Shown here: piece by piece, positions 1 through 6,031 of the stretch
Numbering within the stretch: position 1 is the first letter of the stretch
Layout: every line of letters begins with the position of its first letter
Source of the DNA: Myxococcota bacterium
Lineage (GTDB): Bacteria; Myxococcota; JACRCW01
Reading direction: 5' to 3'
Length of the DNA: 13,597 nucleotides
Assembly: GCA_040752415.1 (NCBI GenBank)
Contig: JBFMGU010000281.1
Location: 1 to 13,597 of the forward strand
Notes under the pieces: model-generated
What the model was told of the DNA's origin: nothing
Database searches by the model: none
What the model saw: the letters and a program-made list of their open reading frames with translations, nothing else
Translations under genes and position numbers: made by a program

Positions 1-1
1 G

Positions 2-454
2 GAGAGTGCCACCCACGCGCTGCTGGAGCTTTCCCGTGACGCGAGTGGGGCACCGGAGATCATCTTTGGCGCGGTGCTGGGCGCGGTCATGGTGGAGCCG
101 GAAGCAGCGCAACGGAACACGGCGGCCATCCTCCGTCACGGCGGGGCGGCGAGCGCGGGCGTGTCGACGTTGTTGGCGCTCACCGCGGCCGTCGGTGGCC
201 TCAAGGTCATGCCGCTCACCTGGCTGGCGGGGCTGCAGCACGGTGAGGACCTGCTGAAGATGGCGGACGCCGTGACGGCGGTGAAGGGTCGCCACCTGAC
301 GCGCCCGGTGGCGGACCTGTGCTGGAAATGGAGTGACGACGAGGTGGCCTTCCGCGCCGAACGCGCCGAGGCCCGTCGGAGCATGCCGCCGCCCGCGCGC
401 AAGGAGCAGCTTGCCCTGTTCATGGGCGACGAGAATTCGCGCAACAAGACCTGA
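2..454 (+). CDS. 5'-truncated protein whose C-terminal part resembles the ADP-ribosylglycohydrolase (ARH/DraG) fold with a degenerate catalytic motif
   Basis: Frame is open from base 2 (ESATHALLELSRDASGAPEIIFGAVLGAV...) to TGA 452-454 with strong GC3 bias. ILRHGGAASAGVSTLLALTAAVGGLKVMPLTWLAGLQHGEDLLKMADAV follows the ARH C-terminal pattern GGDxDT...GA.aGA..G...iP..W...L....l...a..l. Family call is by eye on a fragment. Confidence 0.55.
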   Translation, partial: ESATHALLELSRDASGAPEIIFGAVLGAVMVEPEAAQRNTAAILRHGGAASAGVSTLLALTAAVGGLKVMPLTWLAGLQHGEDLLKMADAVTAVKGRHLTRPVADLCWKWSDDEVAFRAERAEARRSMPPPARKEQLALFMGDENSRNKT

Positions 455-463
455 GACGGAGAG

Positions 464-1333
464 ATGGGCATGGAGAAGGCTGCGGTCATTGGACTGGGAA
501 CCATGGGCGCCGGCATTGCGCAGGTGCTCCTGCAAGCCGGCTACAGCGTCGTGGGCGTGGAGAACGAGGAGGGACGCCTCAAGGCCGGCCTGGCACGCGT
601 GCGCAGTGGCCTCGAGAAGGCGCTGGAGAAGGGGAAGATCACCAAGGCGGACATGGATGCCGCGGCGGGGCGACTGACCGGCGCAACGAGCACGCAGGAC
701 GGTTGTCGGGGCGCGGACCTCGTCATCGAGGCGATCATCGAAGACATGGAGGCCAAGAAGGTGGTGATGTCCGCCGCCGAGCAGGCCGCCAAGCCCGACG
801 CCATCCTCGGCACCAACACCTCCAGCCTCTCCATCACGGCCATTGCCACCGCGGTGAAGACGCCCGCGCGCGTGGTGGGGCTGCACTTCTTCAACCCCGT
901 GCCTGCCATGGCGCTGGTGGAGGTGGTGCGGGGTGAGCGCACCGACGAGAACACCGTTGAGCGCTCCCGCGCGCTGGTGAAGCGGCTGGGGAAGGAAGCC
1001 ATCGTCGTGCGCGACTCACCCGGGTTCGCCAGCAGCCGTCTCGGCGTCATGCTGGGCCTGGAGGCCATGCGCATGCTGGAGGAGGGCGTGGCTTCCGCCG
1101 AGGACATCGACAAGGCCATGGAGCTTGGCTACCGCCATCCCATGGGCCCGCTGAAGCTCACCGACCTCGTGGGCCTCGACGTGCGGCTGGCCATTGCGGA
1201 GCACCTCTGGAAGGAAGTGGGTGAGCAGTTCCGTCCGCCGCAGATCCTTCGTCGCCTGGTGCGCGCGGGGAAGCTGGGACGGAAGACCGGCGCCGGGTTC
1301 TACGAGTATCCCGCCGAGAACAAGGACCGCTGA
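464..1333 (+). CDS. hbd: 3-hydroxybutyryl-CoA / 3-hydroxyacyl-CoA dehydrogenase
   Basis: Rossmann GLGTMGAGIA, EAIIEDMEAK, NTSSLSIT, catalytic GLHFFNP, HPMGP and GKLGRKTGAGFYEY. 289 aa, GGAG upstream. The start may instead be ATG 470. Confidence 0.93.
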   Translation: MGMEKAAVIGLGTMGAGIAQVLLQAGYSVVGVENEEGRLKAGLARVRSGLEKALEKGKITKADMDAAAGRLTGATSTQDGCRGADLVIEAIIEDMEAKKVVMSAAEQAAKPDAILGTNTSSLSITAIATAVKTPARVVGLHFFNPVPAMALVEVVRGERTDENTVERSRALVKRLGKEAIVVRDSPGFASSRLGVMLGLEAMRMLEEGVASAEDIDKAMELGYRHPMGPLKLTDLVGLDVRLAIAEHLWKEVGEQFRPPQILRRLVRAGKLGRKTGAGFYEYPAENKDR

Positions 1334-1357
1334 GCCCCGTTGCGCTCGACGGGCGTC

Positions 1358-2716
1358 ATGACCTCCGGACTGACGGAAACCTGGAACCGCCTGCGCGTGG
1401 AGGATCCCTGGTCCGCGCGTGCGTGGGTTGCGCTCGTCGTCACCGTGGCGTTCACGGTGGTGGAGCGCTTCCTGTTCGTGTTCCATTTCAGTCCGCCTTC
1501 GCGCGCGGTGTCGTCGGACATGGCGGGTTACGTGGACCGGGCCTGGCGGCTGGCCTCCGGTGCCCAGCTCAACCGCTTTGACACGTTCTTCCCGCCCGGC
1601 ACGCATCTCCTCATGACCCCCGCCATGTGGATCGCCGGCGACAAGGACCGCGGTCTCATCCTCAACCAATACCTGTGGTGGTTCCTGGCCGTGGGGACCG
1701 CGCTCGTCGTGGCGGAGCTGGCGTGGCAGTTGTTCCACCACCCCGTTCCCGTCGTGCTTTCCCTGTGGGGGCTGTACGCGCACCAGGCGTTCCAGCAGTA
1801 CGCGGGATTCTTCCTCAGTGAGCTGCCGTTCTCGTTCTTCATGGCGTGCACCGTCGTGGCGGGGATGGTGGCCGCGCGGCAGCCTCCATCGAGGAGCCGG
1901 GTGCTCTGGTACGCACTGACGGGCGTGCTGGGGGGCGTGGCCATGGTCATCCGCCCGCAGTTCGTCCTTACCGCTGGCGTCATGGGATTGCCGCTGCTGA
2001 TGCGCCAATTCCCGTTCGTGCGGTGGCGGGAGGCGTGCGCGCTGGTCGGGGCGTTGGTGGTCTCACCGCTGTTGGCCATGACGCTGAACGCGCGCGCCGC
2101 CGGTGAGTACGTGGGGCTGGCCACCAATGGCGGCTTCAACTTCTACCAGGGCCATTGCCCGGTTGACGTCGTGGAGACGCGCACCAGTCACGGTGTCTAC
2201 ATCTGGGGCTCACCCGCGCGGCTGCAGCGGTTGCAGCGCGAAGGGCGACTGGAGACGCGCACCGTCATCCAGGGCCACATGGCGTGGGAGAACGACTACT
2301 TCATCCGCGAGGGACTGGAATGCATCCGCCGCGACGGGTGGGGCCATCTCGACCGTGTCGTCGGGAACGTGGCGGACTTCTTCCACACCACGAGCCCCTG
2401 GCCGGGAAGCGCGTCCCACGTGGGGCCGCTGCTGCTGATGGTGAACCAGATCTACTGCTTCGCCCTGTTGTGCTCGGTGATCGCCGCGCTGTTCGTGGTC
2501 CGACGACGGAAGCCGGAGCGCCTGCTGCTCATGCTCCTCTGCACCGCGTTGCCGGTGGCGCTCATCTTCTACGGGGACAGCCGCTTTCGTATCCCCTACG
2601 ACATGTTCGGGGTGGTCCTGACGTCGGGCCTGCTCGCGTTGCGCTTCGGTTTCCGTCGGGATGACGTAGGGGCCGCGTCAGAACAAGGTGACCAATCGGC
2701 ATTGCCGACGTCGTGA
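1358..2716 (+). CDS. Polytopic membrane glycosyltransferase, GT-C fold (ArnT/PMT, GT39-like)
   Basis: Many hydrophobic segments. Loop motifs SDMAGY and FPPGT after the first TM, then LSELPF, IRPQF, NGGFNFYQG and GDSRFRIP, typical of lipid-phosphate-sugar-dependent transferases. ATG 1358 is preferred over TTG 1340. Confidence 0.72.
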   Translation: MTSGLTETWNRLRVEDPWSARAWVALVVTVAFTVVERFLFVFHFSPPSRAVSSDMAGYVDRAWRLASGAQLNRFDTFFPPGTHLLMTPAMWIAGDKDRGLILNQYLWWFLAVGTALVVAELAWQLFHHPVPVVLSLWGLYAHQAFQQYAGFFLSELPFSFFMACTVVAGMVAARQPPSRSRVLWYALTGVLGGVAMVIRPQFVLTAGVMGLPLLMRQFPFVRWREACALVGALVVSPLLAMTLNARAAGEYVGLATNGGFNFYQGHCPVDVVETRTSHGVYIWGSPARLQRLQREGRLETRTVIQGHMAWENDYFIREGLECIRRDGWGHLDRVVGNVADFFHTTSPWPGSASHVGPLLLMVNQIYCFALLCSVIAALFVVRRRKPERLLLMLLCTALPVALIFYGDSRFRIPYDMFGVVLTSGLLALRFGFRRDDVGAASEQGDQSALPTS

Positions 2717-2949
2717 GCGGGCCACGGCCTGGAGTGCGGCGGGCCCTCGCCTCCCTGGTCAGCGCTGAGTGCGTCGTCAACAGACGACCGCAGAACCCGG
2801 GCTCCGCGACGACGGGGAATACACCGCAGCTCCGCCAGGCGGTCCGTCGGCGTGTGCTGGAACCCGCTCGGCGCTGGCCAGGGCGGCGAGGGCCCGCCGC
2901 ACTCCAGGTCGTGGCCCGATCACGACGCCAGCAATGCCGATGGGCATCT
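2680..2949. mobile_element. Candidate MITE-like non-autonomous element
   Basis: Contains the 75-bp inverted arms, begins AGA and ends TCT, and is flanked by direct repeat CCGCGTC (2673-2679 and 2950-2956). No credible coding capacity. The outer ends align only with an indel, and no transposase is in the window. Confidence 0.35.
2695..2941. repeat. Long imperfect inverted repeat: arms 2695-2769 and 2867-2941, 97-bp spacer
   Basis: Manual alignment of 2695-2769 with the reverse complement of 2867-2941 gives 68/75 identities without gaps. Mismatches are at 2706, 2708, 2717, 2727, 2752, 2759 and 2766. Confidence 0.95.
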
Positions 2950-3137
2950 CCGCGTCTTTCACCGTCGCTGGTCTCCCAGACCGGTTGCCCGCTGCCACAC
3001 CACCTGATTTCACCGCCACGTGAATTGAGGGGTCGCGTGTGGCGCGTCACCCACTGGCGCCGGGTGCAACACACCACAAACACACCCCACCGCGCCGCCT
3101 GGAACGCCCTTCCCTCGGCGTCACGGGCGCTTTGCGC

Positions 3138-3154
3138 TTGGAACACTCCTTGCT
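3138..3154 (+). promoter_or_regulatory. Putative sigma-54 (-24/-12) promoter upstream of the PAP2 gene
   Basis: TTGGAACACTCCTTGCT has GG at 3140-3141 and GC at 3152-3153 with exact GG-N10-GC spacing, close to consensus TGGCAC-N5-TTGCW. Confidence 0.5.
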
Positions 3155-3166
3155 CATTCCAAGGTC

Positions 3167-3724
3167 GTGAGCACCGCGCCCGCAACCCACCGACTGACCA
3201 TCCATCGCATCGCCGCATTGGACGTGGCGGCGTTGGAGCGGGTGGCGCGTGCCCGGACGCGGGAATGGACCCGCCGCATGAAGGTGGTCACCAGCACGCC
3301 GCTGTGGTTGGGGCTGTTCCTGGCGGGGATTGCGTCGCTGGGTCAGGGCAGCTTCTGGCGGGGGCTGCTGGCGGGCGGCATCGTGGCGGGCGTGGCGTCG
3401 TTGTCGGTGATGGTGGTGAAGTTCGCGGTGCGTCGGGCGCGTCCATCCATGGCGTACAGCCTGCTGAAGACGTTGGACCGCTACAGCTTCCCCTCCGGGC
3501 ACTCCTGCACGGCCTTTGCGGTGGCCATTGGCGTCTTGTTCCTGGCGCCCCTGCTCTTCCCCGTGGCCCTGGCCCTGGCCGCTGTGGTGGCGTTCTCACG
3601 GGTGTATCTGGGCGTTCACTACCCCTCGGACGTGCTCACGGGTGCGGCCATGGGTGTGGTGCTGGGGGCGGCAACGTTCGCCTCCAACCTGGTCACCGAG
3701 TTCGTGGGCCTGCTGGGCGGCTGA
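3167..3724 (+). CDS. PAP2-family membrane lipid phosphate phosphatase
   Basis: All three PAP2 motifs are present: KFAVRRARP (KxxxxRxRP), SFPSGHS and SRVYLGVHYPSD. Hydrophobic helices. Start uncertain (GTG 3167 or TTG 3218). Confidence 0.92.
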   Translation: MSTAPATHRLTIHRIAALDVAALERVARARTREWTRRMKVVTSTPLWLGLFLAGIASLGQGSFWRGLLAGGIVAGVASLSVMVVKFAVRRARPSMAYSLLKTLDRYSFPSGHSCTAFAVAIGVLFLAPLLFPVALALAAVVAFSRVYLGVHYPSDVLTGAAMGVVLGAATFASNLVTEFVGLLGG

Positions 3725-3775
3725 GCCCATCCTCCCTTCCCAAGAGGCGTGTGGTCGGGCGTAGGCTCCCGGGCC

Positions 3776-4918
3776 ATGCCCGCATTGTTCGAAACCGAGC
3801 TGCACCAGGACGTCCGCGCCACCGCCCGCAAATTCGCGCAGAAGGAGATTGCTCCGCACGCGCTCCAGTGGGAGGAGGCCAACGAGTTTCCTCGCGAGCT
3901 GTACGCCAAGGCAGGCCAGGCCGGCATCCTGGGCATCACGTACCCCGAGGAGTACGGCGGGATGGGTGGCACCATCTCCCACGCCCTGGCGGCTTCCGAG
4001 GAGCTCATCCTTCACGGCAAGTCCGTGGGGACGGTGGTGGGCCTGGGGAGTCACGGCATTGGCATCCCGCCCATCCTGATTGCCGGCTCCGACGAGCAGA
4101 AGCGTCGTTTCATCCCGCCGGTGGTGCGCGGGGAGAAGATTGCCGCGTTGGCCATCACGGAGCCCAGCGCCGGCAGCGACGTGGCCCACATCCGCACCCG
4201 CGCCGTCCGCGACGGGGACCACTACGTCATCAACGGCTCCAAGATGTTCATCACCAGCGGGACGCGCGCGGACTACGTGACCACCGCGGTGCGCACGGGT
4301 GAGGACGGGCATGGAGGCATCTCGCTCATCGTCATCGAGCGGGGGACGCCAGGGTTCAGCGTGAGTCGGAAGCTGCACAAGATGGGGTGGTGGGCATCCG
4401 ACACGGCGGAGCTGAGCTTCCAGGATTGTCGCGTGCCGGTGGCGAACCTGCTGGGCGGCGAGAACGAGGGTTTCACGACGATCATGCGCAATTTTGCCAC
4501 CGAGCGCCTCTTTCTCGCCGGAAACTGCGTGGCGATTGCGGAGCTGGCCTACCAGGAGTCCATTGCATACGCGCGGGAGCGCATGGCGTTCGGGAAGTCG
4601 CTGACGGGATTCCAGGTGGTGCGCCACAAGCTCGCCGACATGGCGACGAAGATTGCCGCGGCGCGCGCGCTGACCCACGAGGTCGTGGAGCGATTCCTAC
4701 GCGGGGAGGCCGTGGCGGGGCTGGCGGCGATGGCCAAGAACGCGGCCACGGACATGTGCACCGCGGTGTGCAACGAGGCAGTGCAGATTCACGGCGGGTA
4801 CGGCTACATGCGCGAGTACGTCGTGGAGCGGCTGTATCGCGACGCGCGCCTGTACCCGATTGGAGGCGGAACGCGCGAGATCATGAACGAGATCATCTGC
4901 AAGGTGGAAGGGTACTGA
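3776..4918 (+). CDS. Acyl-CoA dehydrogenase
   Basis: PEEYGGMG, AITEPSAGSD, INGSKMFITSG, KMGW..SDTAEL.F, AFGKSL..FQVVRHKLADM, AVQIHGGYGYMREY.VERLYRDAR..PIGGGT. ATG 3776 fits the family N-terminus better than GTG 3749. Confidence 0.95.
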   Translation: MPALFETELHQDVRATARKFAQKEIAPHALQWEEANEFPRELYAKAGQAGILGITYPEEYGGMGGTISHALAASEELILHGKSVGTVVGLGSHGIGIPPILIAGSDEQKRRFIPPVVRGEKIAALAITEPSAGSDVAHIRTRAVRDGDHYVINGSKMFITSGTRADYVTTAVRTGEDGHGGISLIVIERGTPGFSVSRKLHKMGWWASDTAELSFQDCRVPVANLLGGENEGFTTIMRNFATERLFLAGNCVAIAELAYQESIAYARERMAFGKSLTGFQVVRHKLADMATKIAAARALTHEVVERFLRGEAVAGLAAMAKNAATDMCTAVCNEAVQIHGGYGYMREYVVERLYRDARLYPIGGGTREIMNEIICKVEGY

Positions 4919-4921
4919 GCC

Positions 4922-6013
4922 TCAGGGATTCGGCCGCTCCGACGCCTTCTTGAGCCACTTGTCCATGGCGCGCCACCCGTCGGCGAGGATGTTCTCGACG
5001 AGCCCCGCGCCCGGCGGCAACGCGCTCTCCGTCTTCACGCCCTGCTGCCGCAAGTCCTCGACGGTGTCATGCAGCGTCTCGTTGGGGTCGCGGAACTCCA
5101 GCCCCAGCTCCGACTGCGCCTTCTCCGGACTCACGTACCAGCAGTAGCTGGCCATCTCGACGCTGACCGGGTCCAGCGGATTGCGACCGTCGATGCGCTT
5201 CGCGAACTCGTCGAGGAAACGCGCGGACAACGCCCCCACGGAACGCGGCAGCGGAATCAGCGGCGCAGGAACACCACTCACCGCGGCCAGCCGCGCGAAG
5301 AAGTCCTTCACCGGCGTGTTGAGCCCGGTGACGAGGTAACGCTGACCTGTGCGCCCCTTCTGCAGCGCGAGGACCAGCGCGTGTGCCGCGTCGCGCGCGT
5401 CGACAATGGAGACGCCGCCCTGGGGAACGCCCGGAATCTGGCGCTGGATGAACATGCGGACGTCGCGGGTGCTCTCACCGCGCTCGTCGCCGGGACCGAG
5501 CAGCAGGCTCGGGTTCACGCTCACCACCTCGAGGTCCCGCCCCGCCGCCGCCAGCGCGGTCTGCTCCGCGAAGATCTTCGACAGGTAGTACGGCCACTTC
5601 CCTACCAGCGTGAGGTCCGGCTGCGCACTCTCGTCGAGGACGCGACCCGGTGGCTCGGTCACCCCCACCACGCCCGACGTCGAGCAATGGACCAGGCGCG
5701 GCACCCGCGCGGCCTTGCACGCGTTCACCACGTTCTGCGTCCCGCGCACGTGCAGCGCGTGGAGGTCGGCGGCGTCACTGGGGTCCCGGCTCACGCGACC
5801 GGCCAGGTGGAACACCGCGTTGCATCCCTTGGCCGCGGCAGCGACGGAAGGCTCGTCGAGCACGTCGCCCAGCGCGACCTGGACCTTCACCTCCTCCAGT
5901 CGGGGCGCGGGCTTGCGAGACAAGGCTTTCACGGTGTGCCCCGCGTTGAGCAGCTGCTCACACAGATGCAGGCCCAGGAAACCGGTTGCTCCCGTCACAA
6001 GGTAGGTGGCCAT
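4922..6013 (-). CDS. elbE: NAD-dependent epimerase/dehydratase (extended SDR), ElbE-like
   Basis: TGATGFLG, HLAG, HCSTS and catalytic YYLSK. GGAG RBS before ATG. The symbol is inferred from its position directly downstream of the elbD homolog. Confidence 0.85.
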   Translation of the reverse strand: MATYLVTGATGFLGLHLCEQLLNAGHTVKALSRKPAPRLEEVKVQVALGDVLDEPSVAAAAKGCNAVFHLAGRVSRDPSDAADLHALHVRGTQNVVNACKAARVPRLVHCSTSGVVGVTEPPGRVLDESAQPDLTLVGKWPYYLSKIFAEQTALAAAGRDLEVVSVNPSLLLGPGDERGESTRDVRMFIQRQIPGVPQGGVSIVDARDAAHALVLALQKGRTGQRYLVTGLNTPVKDFFARLAAVSGVPAPLIPLPRSVGALSARFLDEFAKRIDGRNPLDPVSVEMASYCWYVSPEKAQSELGLEFRDPNETLHDTVEDLRQQGVKTESALPPGAGLVENILADGWRAMDKWLKKASERPNP

Positions 6014-6031
6014 GTTGCGCTCCTGACGTCG

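Noticed and set aside
1016..2139. Minus-strand ORFs 1016-2008 and 1528-2139 (likewise 3596-4678 and 541-1119)
   Set aside because: Antisense shadows of motif-supported plus-strand genes.
2666..2975. Classical GTAG-type REP/REPIN, retron msr-msd or CRISPR interpretation of the hairpin
   Set aside because: GTAG at 2666-2669 has no mirrored CTAC at the other end. No RAYT, reverse transcriptase or cas gene is in the window, and there is no repeat-spacer periodicity.
2769..3023. Small ORFs 2769-3023 (+) and 2777-3019 (-), with peptides shared between strands (e.g. GPRPGVRRALA)
   Set aside because: The shared peptides are only a translation of the DNA inverted repeat. No RBS or family motif, and arm mismatches show no third-position bias.
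3749..3775. GTG 3749 start for the acyl-CoA dehydrogenase
   Set aside because: Family-like sequence begins at ATG 3776 (MPALFETE).
2713..4302. 529-aa plus-strand ORF
   Set aside because: R/G/P-rich alternative frame overlapping the well-supported PAP2 and ACAD genes.
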